A DNA stretch of 64,000 nt from Mobula hypostoma (Eukaryota): positions 150,662,001 to 150,726,000 of the forward strand of contig NC_086097.1 in the NCBI RefSeq assembly GCF_963921235.1. The letters run 5' to 3'. Made by a program: the position numbers and the translations under genes. The notes under the pieces are model-generated. The model did no database searches. It was not told the origin of the DNA and saw only the letters and a list, made by a program, of their open reading frames with translations. Below are positions 53,282-64,000 of the stretch, in pieces (position 1 is the stretch's first letter; each line of letters opens with the position of its first letter).

Positions 53282-53845
53282 TAAGTTCAAAGTAAATTTA
53301 TTATCAAACTGCATATATGTCACCATATACATCCTGAGATTCGTTTTTTTGCGGGCATACTCAGTACATCCGAGAACCATAATAGAATCAATGCAAGACT
53401 ACACCCGACAGGGCAGACAAACAATCAATGTGCAAAACACGACAAACTGTGCACATATAAAAGAAAAAAATAATCACAATAAAGAAACAATAAAAATCGA
53501 GAATATGAGATAAGAGTCCTTGAAAGCGAGTCCATAGGTTGTGAGAACAGTTCAGTTATGGGGCGAGTGAGGTTGAGTGCAGTGAACCTGTGCTGAGTGT
53601 GCTAAGGCTTCTCTACCTTCTTCCTGATGGCAGCAGCGAGAAGAGAGCTTGACTTGGGTGGCAGGGGTCACTGATGATGCGTGTTGCTTTCCTGCGACAG
53701 TGCTCCATGTAGAGGTGCTCAGTTAAGGGGAGGGCTTCACCTGTGATGAACTCAGACATAACCACAACTTTTTGTAGAATTTTCCATTCAAGGGCATTGG
53801 TGCTTCCATACCAGGCTGTGATGCAACCAGTTAATATACTGTACT
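53282..53845 (-). mobile_element. Rex1/Babar-like 3' fragment
   Basis: TGCITAWYG coding (CCATACCAGGCTGTGATGCAACCAG on plus); tail AATAAA-TTTACTTTGAAC. Confidence 0.7.
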
Positions 53846-53850
53846 CTATA

Positions 53851-54028
53851 TGTTGTGTCTGTACAACTACATATCAAATAAATAAAAGCATGCACATGGG
53901 AAGTGAAGTTAACTGGTGTTTTCACATTGCAGCGAGCAAGAGAGAGAAAAGCACATAGGTAAGTTATCAGTCCATATGTAGTGCTAAGGGGAGTCATTGC
54001 TTTAAAAGAAATAGAGCCATACATTACA
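53851..54028 (-). mobile_element. Gypsy 3' LTR (178 bp)
   Basis: TGTAAT...ACAACA on the minus strand, immediately after the polypurine tract AGGGGGAGGAAG (54029-54040). Confidence 0.8.
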
Positions 54029-56132
54029 CTTCCTCCCCCTTTAGATTAATGTACTGTAACATAGAACTGTATATGTAACAAAACATTCAATGTCCCTTCA
54101 ACAACCCATATACAAATAAACATACTTCTACAATTAACAGTCCATAACTACACTATACTAAAGATTCAGTCTTTTGGGTGGCACTCTGTTTCTTTCAGGA
54201 TAGCACCTCTGGACCTATGGAGTGGCTTCAGGTTTGGCAGGTGTCTTGCCAAAGGCCACTTTCTCAGTTTCCCATGTCACGTTGCTGTTAATGACATGAT
54301 CATCACTGAGAGGTAAGTCTGGTGACTGTAACGTATCCGTGTTGTTGGATGCAGTCAACTTGGGTGTGTTCCTCAGCTGAGCATCCTGTATCTGGTCCAC
54401 ATGACGCCTCCATGTATGATCTCCAACATCCACTGTGTACATCATGGTCCGGTTCTTGTAGCTATCCTAGTGGGTGTCCACTTGTCTTCTCGGTAACCAC
54501 ACACTAGGACATCCTGTCCAACCTCAAAGCTCCTTGCTGATTCACTTGGCCACTGGCTGAACTGTTGATTCTGCACTTCCCTCTGTTGATCTGGTTTCAG
54601 GAAGTCTATACAAGATCTAAGATTCCTGCTCATGAACAGCATTGCAGGTGTTTGATTTGTCATTGCATGAACAGAGTTCTGATACACAAAAAGGAAATTG
54701 TCCACCTTGTGCAGTTGACAGGCGTCCTCCTTACCCATTGCTTTAATGGACTTCTTGGATAAACCTTTCAGCTAATCTGTATGTTGCTGGGTGGTGAGGA
54801 GCTGATTTGAAATATTTGATGCCATTTTTCATCATGAATAGTCTGAACTCTTCTGTCATGTACTGTGGTCCATTGTCACTCACAATTTGGTCAGGTAAGC
54901 AGTTTCTGGTGAAGATAGTCCTCAGAGCAGAGAGAGTCTTTGCTGAGGTGGTTGACTTCATTGGGATAACCTCTGGCCACTTCAGATGAGCATTCACAGC
55001 AATCAGAAACATGGAGTCCATGAATGGCCTAGTGAAGTCAATATGCACTCTTTGCCATGGTGAAAATGGCCTCTCCGCAGGTGTAACAGTGCTTGAACAG
55101 TTTTAGGTCAAATCTTCAATTTGTTTGTCTATTCCCAGACACCACACATAGCTCTGGGCGAGCTTCTTCATCTTGACTGTACCCAAGTGTCCTTTATGCA
55201 GATTCTCTAACACTCTGGTGTGCAGTCTAAAGGGAACCACAACACGAGATCCACACATAAGCATTCTTTGACGTACAGACAGTTGGTCTCATCTCACGGA
55301 GAACTCTGAAAACATAGGATTACCCTGAGCTGGCCATGTTGTATGGTGATGTCATAGACTTTTGACAATGTCAGGTCATTCCTTGTTTTTCTTCGTATTT
55401 CAAAATTTGTTACTGGCAATTGGTCCACTGAGGCAGTGTGAAACACTACTGCTGGGTAAGAGTATGAAGACTTTTCTTCTTCAGTTGCCAATAGTGGAAG
55501 ACATGACAATCTGCCAGTGTTGCTGTGTTGCTTGGTACCCTTGAACTCTATGTCATAAGAGTGGGCTCCTAGGAAAACTGCTCAGTGTTGTAACCGGATA
55601 GCAGCCATCACTGGGATTCCCTTCCTGGGATTGAAAATGGACACAAGAGGCTGGAGATCTGTCACTAGTGTAAACTTTTGTCCATAGAGGTAGTGGTGGA
55701 ACTTCTTTATTCCCAATACTAGACTGAGGGCCTCTTGGTCAATCTGTGCATATTTGCATTCTGTGCTCATCAGTGATCTTGAAGCAAAGGCTATCAGATA
55801 TTTCATGGTGTGTAACAAAACAGCTCCAATGCCATAAGGGGATGCATCGCACGCCATTCTGATGGGCAGCGATGGATCATAATGGTGAGTAGTTCACCTG
55901 ATGTTATTAGTCATTTTGTTTCCTTCAATGCTCTTTTGCATCTTTCTGACCATTCCCACTTTGCTCCTGTCTGTAACAGTGCGTTGAATGGACGCAGCAC
56001 TGTAACAATGTTTGGGAGAAACCGGTGGTAGCAGTTTACAAGGCCCAGGTATGACCTGAGTTGTGACACATTTTCTGGTTTGGATGCCTGTGGCACGGCT
56101 TCAGTCTTCTTCTGTGATTTATATAAGCCGTG
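54029..56132 (-). mobile_element. Ty3/Gypsy pol remnant (RT end, RNase H, integrase)
   Basis: LRSYLGLVN, CDASPYGIGAVL, AFASRSL, HIDF, SDNGPQ, LAERF; domain order RT-RNase H-integrase. Confidence 0.92.
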
Positions 56133-56252
56133 CTGACGAAGGGTCTCGGCCCAAAACGTCGACTGTACCTCTTCCTAGAAATGCTGCCTGGCCTGCTGCA
56201 TTCACCAGCAACTTTGATGTGTGTTGCTTGAAATTCCAGCATCTGCGGATTT
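56133..56252 (+). mobile_element. Short PLE terminus starting at the hammerhead core
   Basis: CTGACGA-AGGGTCTCGGCCC-AAAA-CGTCGACT (GAAA mutated), followed by the 3' module and tail. Confidence 0.85.
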
Positions 56253-57689
56253 CCTCCTCTTTGTGTCCTTATGGGGAGTCATTGCTCTAAAAGAAATAGA
56301 TCCATACATTACACTCTCCACCACACATCTAGAGAAGTTTATCAACCTACTAACATTTAGTATCTAATGAGAAAAACAAAACCATTCTCCAAGGATAATA
56401 GCCAAACAATATTTAATATTTATTAGCATAAGAACTTAAGTTTTACAGTTAAAGGTGATTCACTGTTGGACAAAAAAAACTACCAAACCAGATAAGGAGA
56501 TATTATGGTGGAGATTAAAAAAGCTTGGTCAAGGAGCTTTCTAATTGAGCATTTTAAAGGAAGAGAGAGAGGAAGAGAGGCCAGGGAAGAGTATTCTACA
56601 GCTTAGTATCCAGTTGGCTACCCTTTTAATAATGGATAGTTTATACTTTTACTTTACCATCTTGTCTGAATTTGAGAAATCAAGTGGCTCTGACTGTTGT
56701 TGAGCTGGATAAGATTATGAAACAGGAGCAAAGGTTTTGTAAAGAAGGATGAGAAAAGCTAAGTGGGACTCAATGTGGCCAGGACTTAGTGTGGGCTTGG
56801 GCAATAGAAATTTAGTTGATCGAAAGTTTGGGAGAAGGGAGGCTGTCTATGTCAGGAGATAATAATTGCAAGGACGAGGGTTTCAGTAATAGATAAGCTG
56901 AAAACGTTTTGAATTCAAGCGATAGCTGTGTGGTCTAAGTGGTACGTGGATACGTAGTTTGATAAAATTGCAAACCGCCTGGTTCAGTCTCAGTCAGTTC
57001 TCGAGAAGAGGAATAGAGTTGGTGTCTAGGGAATGAAATCACTGGTGAGGAATGAACATAATCAATCTCCTCCACCCCCTCCTGTTTACTTGGAGGTAAT
57101 TTCTGCCAGTTGTCAGACGGTTGGTAAACAGTGTGGGAGTTCAGAGAGACGGAGTGCTAAAATAGAGCAGTGACATCAGTTTAGAGTGTTTGGATACCAT
57201 GTGCAGGAGGCAGCATAAAGATGTGAAGGAAGAGGTGATGTGGAATTAATGGTATGGAAGTGATAGGGGTTGCCATCACAGATATTCTCTGGCTGCAAAT
57301 GAATGCATGGAGCCAGATGAATGTAGTTCTCAATCAGTGGCATTGATGGAGGACCTTGTGCTCAACCCCATAAAACCATGTAGATAGAATAAAAATGAGA
57401 GGAAGAAAAATTTGTCTTTACCACAGCAAATATTGGATGTCACTTCTCAGCTTACAACTGGCTCACTAAACTGTAAGTTGGTGACTGAATGCCATATTCA
57501 GCAATGTGTTGTTCCAGCCATATGTCCCTTTTCAGGTTTTTCTTAATCTATCTACTTTCTTTCAGTATTTTTGGATTAATGTTTTGTGGGGAAAAGAGTA
57601 TGGCATTTTTTTCCACAATCCCAGAAGAACATCTGATAGAGTCCAATTCAGCCATCTGGTCAATGCAGTAAAATGTAAAATCTATTATA

Positions 57690-57828
57690 CCCATTCTTTG
57701 ATAGGTACATGGAGCTCAGAAAAGTGGTAGGGAAATACTAGGCAGTTTCTAGAGTAGGTTACATGGTCGGCACAGCATTGTGGGTTGAAGGGCCTGTAAT
57801 GTGCTGTAGGTCTGTATGTTCTATGTTC
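57690..57828 (+). mobile_element. CR1 3' end
   Basis: GAAGGGCCTGTAATGTGCTGTA...TATGTTCTATGTTC. Confidence 0.7.
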
Positions 57829-58421
57829 ACTCACTGGCAAAACAAAAGGTACTATTATCACTGCATGTATTCTCTCAAGTGAATACTTAATCGCATGTTA
57901 GATCTATTAACATTCTTTATATGGGCAAAGTGGGATCTGATGATTGTTAATATTTTATTTAAACAATGTTTTTTCTCTTTCAAGGTGGTTGAGTCATTAC
58001 TGACATGGGGTGCCATATTTCTCTGCTGTATTTGTGCAACAGTTTATTCAATTAGAAAAGGTGCTTGCAGGGTGTTTGATCATCTGACAAAGTCACAAAG
58101 AAAATTTATTCAGCCTGAAACAGCCTTCACGTGATCAGCCATGACCTTTAGGCAAATCAGGGGTTATGAGGAACAGGCAGGAAGGAGGAGTTATGAATTT
58201 TTGAGTATCAAGCCAGACACAGGAGACCACAGCAGCTGCTGCTGTTCCTATATTTAATGTTTCTGTGATAACTGCTCTGTGTCCAACAGTAAATGCATAT
58301 ACTGCAGATTCCTTTTCGAAACCTGGTGATGCCCAGGTGATTATTGAACTAACATACACACAGAGTTCATGTAACTCAATACCAGTAAAGAATCAAACAA
58401 GAATCAAACGTTTGTAAATAA

Positions 58422-58508
58422 AAGAGAATGCTGGAGGTACTCAGAAGGTCAACCAGCATCTGTGAAGCAGAATTAACATATTAGGTTGATGACCTTTCAT
58501 CAAGACTC
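58422..58508 (-). mobile_element. Old PLE-derived terminus with decayed hammerhead
   Basis: AGTC-TTGATGA-AAGGTCATCAACCT-AATA-TGTTAATT then AGATGCTG...GAGTACCTCCAGCAT on the minus strand. Confidence 0.55.
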
Positions 58509-59279
58509 TCACAGTGGTAATGTATTTCCATCTAATCAGCTTGAGAAATACATCACCATTCAATTACAATTCAGAGTCATATGCGAACTAGAGGTGATAA
58601 GAATTCCCATCCTCCTGCTGCCTTCATCATTCCAGGTACTGAAGTTTGCAGATTTGGGAGGTGCTTTTGAGAAAGCTTTGTTTGTCCAGGTGTTAGATTG
58701 CACCCACAGTCAGTCGATGCTACACTTTGCAGGCAGTGTGCCCTGGAGGTGAAGAAAGTAAATGTTTAGGTTGGTGCATAGGGTGCAAATCAAATAGCCT
58801 GCTTTGCTGCGATGGTCTCAAGCCTCTTGAGTGTTGTGGTATTTTAATTATGTAGACAGGTGAAAAGTCCTCAATCACATATCTGAATTGTGTCCTGTAA
58901 ACCTGAGACTAAGAGAGCCAGGGGACATCACTCAGCATAGAATACACAACCCCTAACCTGCTCTAGTAGCCATACAATATAGTCTAGCTATCCTACTCAG
59001 TGGTGGGCCCCCCACAATGTCAATGGTGGGGTATTCAGTATCGGTGATTCACTAAGTTTAATATCCTGTCCTTGTATATAACTTTACTTGGCATTTGAAT
59101 GGTATACATATTGATCTGTCTGGGAATGTTAATCTTAACAAGCTGAACACTGAATTATTACCTGATGCTGACATCTCTCCACAGTTACTGACTTGAGTTT
59201 GTGCGGTATATCTTGGCATTTAGCAGGGCTCCAGCAACTCATCAGTAGTTACCTTTTAAGCAGGTCTTTCCCCCTTTGA

Positions 59280-61810
59280 TCTAATCCCTGCGTTGTATTT
59301 ATCATTCCCTCTGACCTTCCCCTCTCTGACGCAGAATGTTCTGTCCTCAGCAATGGCCTTACCTTTGGTCCCCTTTGCCGAGTTCTTCCAGCATCTCCAT
59401 CTCTGAGCCCCCTCCTTCGGCAAGAATTCCCCACTCTGCACTGATGATTCCTCTCCCATCTCCAACCCTCCTTCTCTTCCTGGACATCCCACTCAACTTC
59501 TCTGTCTGCTCCTGATCTGGAATTGCTGATGGGACACCAACCGGCTCGACGAAGAGTTTCGGCCTGAACCGTCGACTGTACCTCTTCCTAGAGATGCTGC
59601 CTGGCCTGCTGCGTTCACCAGCAACTTTGATGTGAATTCCAACAAGCATGGTTTTCTGCAAAAATTCTGTAAACGGACATATAGACCTCAATCTGATTTA
59701 TAAGCCAATGCAGGCTAAATCCCAGACCGTAATGCAGAGTTCACCACACATCTAATCAGTGATGAGACCTCCTCCCTACATCACAATTGAGTTTCTATAA
59801 TGACACCAAGAAGCTGATTGATAAGTATATTAAGGCCAAGCATTCACAGTTCCCTTACCCGGCACTGCTCATTTGTACTTCCTATCCAAGATCCACAAAT
59901 ATTAATATCTGGGTAGTCCCATTGCCTCTTCCTGCTCCTGTCCACATACATTTGACTCCATTCTATCTCCCTTGGTTCAATCCCTTCCCACCTACATCTG
60001 TGACACTTCACATGCACTTCGATCTCCTAAGCAAATTTTAACTCCCTGGCCCTGACTGTCTCATTTCCACCAGGGATGTCTAGTCACTATACACTCCTAT
60101 ACCCCAACAAGCTCTTAAAGCTCCCCACTTCTTTCTCAACAAAAGACCCAGCCAGTTCCCCTCTTCCATCACCTTCCTCCGTCTGGCAGAACTGGTCCTC
60201 ACCCTCAACAATATCTCCTTTGGCTCCTCCCACTTTCTCCAAACTCAAGGGTTGGCCAGAGGCACCTACTTGGGCCCCCAACTATGTCTGCCTTTTTGTT
60301 GGCTATGTGGAACAGTCCATGTTCCAAGCCTTCCCTGGTAATTCTCCCCAACTGTCTTGGTGCTACATTGACAACTGCATTGGTGCTGCTTCATGCACTC
60401 ATGCTGAGTTTGTCAATTTCATCAACTTTGCCTCCAATTTCCATGCTGCTCTAAAATTCATTTTGTCCACTTCTGACACCTCTTTCCCCTTTCTCGATCT
60501 CTCTGTCTCCATCTCTGGAGACAAACCATCTACTAACGTCTTTTATAAACCTACCAATTCCCATGGCTATCTCGACTATACCTCTTCCTACCCTGCCTTA
60601 TGTAAAAATGCTACTCTCTTTTCTCATTTCCTTTATCTCTGCTGCATCCGTTCCCAGGATAAGGCTTCCATTTCCAATTCCAGGATATCAGAGATGTCCT
60701 CCTTCTTCAGAGAACAGAATTTCTATTCCCCCACCATTGATACTGCCCTCACCTGCATCTCCTCCATTTCCCAGACATCTGCATTCACCCCATCTTTCCG
60801 TCTTAACAGGGATAAAGTTCTTCTTGTGCTCACCTACCACTCCATGGACCTCCACATCCAACACAACATTCTCCACAACTTCCACCATCTTCAACAGGAT
60901 CCCACCATCAAACACATCTTTACTTCCCCTCCCCCAACTTTCTGCAGGGATTGCTCCCTCCATGATTCCCTTCTCCATTCGTCTCTGCCCACTAATCTCC
61001 CTCCAGGCACATATACCTGCGAGTGACAGAAATGCTATACCTGCCTATTCGTCTCCTCCCTCACCTCCATTCAGGGCTCCAAATAGTCCTTCCAGCTGAA
61101 GCAACACTTCACCTGTGAATCTGCTGCGAGTCATCTGTTGTATCCGGTGCTCCCGATGTGGACCCCTCTGCTTTGGAGAGACCCAACGCAAATTGGGTGA
61201 CCGCTTTGTTAAACGCCTCCGCTCCATTCCCAAGTGCAGAAATTCCTGGTGACCATTTTAATTCTAATCTCCATTCCGGTTCCCTTTCTGACATGCCAGT
61301 CCATGGCATCCTCTTTTAGCACAATGAAGCTATTCTCAGGGTAGAGGAACACCACCTCGTATTCTGTGTTGGTAGCCTCCAACCTGATGGCATGAACATC
61401 AATTTCTCCTTCTGGTAATTTTTTTCTCATTTATTTTCCATTCCCCTCCCCCATCCTCTTCTATTCCCCATTCTGGCCTCTTACTACTTCTCACCTGCCT
61501 ATCACCTCCCCCAGTGCCCGTTCTTTCCTTTCTCCCATGGTCCACTCTCCTCTATCAGATTCCTTCTTCTCCAGTCCTTAACCTTTCCCACCCACCTAGC
61601 TTCCCCTATCATCTTCTAGCTTGTCCTTCTTCTCTATCATCTTTTTAATTCTGATGTTTCCGTCCTTCCTTTCCAGTTCCAATGAAAGATCTTATCCCGA
61701 AATGTCAACTGTTTATTCACTTCCATAGATGCTGCTTGACCTGCTGAGTTCCTCCAGCATTTTGTATGTGTTTCTCTGGCATTTGAGCATCTGTAGAACC
61801 TCTCGTGTTT
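59280..61810 (+). mobile_element. Older, near-full-length Neptune-type PLE, degraded
   Basis: N-terminal IPSDLPLSDAECSVLSNGLTF; RT PNYVCLFVGYVEQ, CYIDN, FPFLDL, YKPTNSHGYLDY; Cys linker and GIY-YIG remnant; decayed hammerhead at 61674-61711 and 3' module. Confidence 0.85.
59547..59634 (+). mobile_element. Young PLE terminus fragment inside the older PLE
   Basis: GACGAAGAGTTTCGGCCTGAACCGTCGACTG...GCAACTTTGATGTG; no tail. Confidence 0.8.
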
Positions 61811-62942
61811 AGCTTTTCCTTAGTTGATATTATTTGTGCACAGATTCTTACTATAGTTCTATTCTATTAAATAAATTATGCAAGCAGAGGTTGTTGATGT
61901 AATTGGTGAGCCTGGATTTGAAATGTTGGTTAGTCTTTTGATTATGGAAGCTGCAAAGTCCTGCCCTCAATACTGCAGTGCCTCAGAACTGTAAGGATTA
62001 CCAATCTTGATGAATTTCTTTTTAGTTGTTCAAGAAAGCAGTAACCAACATCTCACCTGCGATAATCTGTGTATACCAAGCTTTGGAGGGAAAATGTGAG
62101 AATCAAAACCATAATGTGAAAAAGTAACTAATGAATAAAAGAAAACATTGCCTAGATGTTCTGTTCTAAACTAGTTGTAAGAATAGGGCAAAGAGAACAA
62201 CTAGAAGTAACAGGCAACTATAATGCATGGCATAGAACCTTCCTCACTTTATATCTGGTGTAGTTTCTAGTACCTAGATTAACAGCAAAGCACATGCCTT
62301 AACGGATGACTGCTTCATTTGTTACACATTAATTTGGGTGCATGAAGGACTTCAGACTTTAATCACATGCAGAAGAAATGGATTTGGATTTGCTAAGCAG
62401 TGTTAAGTATATGAAGGTCATGAAAAGGACAAAGTAATATTAAAGCAAGTGCACTTTAGCCATTTCCATTACAGCTGAGATTTTTAAGATTCTTAAGGGT
62501 TTTGAAAAAGAGAAATCCTGCAACAAGAGGTCAATAATTTAGGAATAACATTAAGAGATTAAGTTTCATGGGTGACTTGGAGCAATCAAATTGGAAATAA
62601 TTACGACAAGCGAATTTACAGTGTACCTCCAGGATAATTTCCTAAAACAATGTTATGGAACAAACCAGGTTATGGGCTATTGCATCTGGTAATGTGTAAC
62701 AAGACAGGTTTAATAAATTATTTCAGAGTAATAGATTGCCTTGTAAGTACCTTTACAAATATGACAGAATTTAGTATTTAAACTGAGTGAAAAGATTGGG
62801 TTTGAACAACTGCAGGAAATTTAAATGGGAGAATTGGAAAAGAATGAGAACGTAGTTGGCTAAATTGAAGTGGGCAAGTACATTGGTAAGTCAATAACTA
62901 GTCAGTGGTAGATGGTCCATGACTCAAATCAAAAATACATCT

Positions 62943-64000
62943 TAGAATCATAGAGTCATGAAAAGTAGGGCACAAAACAGACCTTTTGGCTCATCAAGTC
63001 CACACCGAACCATTTAAGCTGCCTAGTCCCATCGACCAGCATGCTGACAATGATCCTCCATACCCCTGCCATCCATGTACCTATCCAAACTTCTCTTAAA
63101 CACTGAAATTGAGCTTGCATGCACCATTTACGCTGGCAGCTTATCGACACTGTCATGACCCTCTGAGTGAAGTTTCCCTTCGTGTTCCCATTAAACATTT
63201 CACCTTTAACACATGATCTCTACTTGTAGTTCCACATCCTCAGTGGAAAAAGCCTGCTTGCGCTTACCTTATCTATACCCCCCCCCCCATAATTTTATAC
63301 CTCTATCAAATCTCCCCTCAATCTTCTACATTCCAAGGAATAAAATCTTAATCTAGTAAATCTTTGCTTATAACTTAGGTCCTTCAGTCCCAACAACATC
63401 CTTGTAAACAAGATTGAAGGAGTACATAGAAATCTTTCCTGTAGGTAGATGAACAAAAGCACACACAATACTCCAAATTAGACCTCACCAGTGTCTTATA
63501 CAACTTCAACATAGCATCTCATCTCCTGTATTCAATACTTTAATTTATGAAGGCCAATGTGCCGAAAACTTTCCTAACAACCCTACCTGCTTGGACCTGT
63601 TTTCCCAGATCCCTTTGTCCTACCACATTCCTCAGTGCCCTACCGTTCACTGTACAAGACCTACCCTGATTGATCCTACCAAAGTGCAAAACCTCGCACT
63701 TGTCCGTAATACATTCCACTTGCTATTTTACAGCCCATTTTACCAGCTGGTACAGATCTTGCTACAACCTTTAATAGTCTTCCTAGATGTCCACTACACC
63801 CCCAATCTGATGTCATCTGCAAATTTGTTGATCCAGTTACCCACATCGTCATCCACATCACTGATATAGATGATAAACAGCAACTCACCCAGCACCGATC
63901 TCTGTGCACTCCACTAGTCACAGGCCTCCCAAAGAGGCAAGCGTCTACTACTTACTCTCTAGATTCTCCCACAAAGTCAATGCTTAATCTAGTTTACTAC
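62943..64000 (-). mobile_element. Old CR1 3' fragment running off the window
   Basis: TSGV, KFADD-like and FTQRV coding; TAGAATCATAGAGTCAT tail. Confidence 0.8.

Noticed and set aside
57960..58134. Plus-strand acceptor TTTTCTCTTTCAAG with a 49-codon frame
   Set aside because: No recognisable protein and no partner exons.
61021..61030. In-frame TGA in the PLE Cys linker as selenocysteine (as in Naiad PLEs)
   Set aside because: It aligns to Arg (CGG) in the young copy, not Cys; explained by CpG decay, and no SECIS was seen.

Overview
This is eukaryotic, repeat-dominated DNA. The mix of CR1, Rex1/Babar, V-SINE and Neptune-type Penelope elements suggests a vertebrate, probably a cartilaginous fish (inference). 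I found no host protein-coding exon I can support; every ORF I could recognise is transposon-derived. Contents: (1) at least three young CR1 LINE subfamilies, including one full-length copy (16847-23205, 9-bp TSD) interrupted by a Rex1 insertion; (2) many Rex1/Babar fragments; (3) two nested hAT (Buster/Charlie-type) transposons and two hAT MITEs; (4) a Gypsy pol with its 3' LTR, plus a solo LTR; (5) V-SINEs; (6) Penelope-like elements (PLEs). The most notable system is the PLE family. It carries minimal type-I hammerhead ribozyme motifs (eight recognisable copies, three intact). It has inserted as fold-back palindromes of very different sizes (2.4 kb at 12549-14971 and 128 bp at 5196-5323) that share one architecture: a 14-bp TSD, the same arm start, and an unpaired 36-37 nt tail. 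Coordinates were counted by eye; boundaries of old, degraded repeats are approximate.
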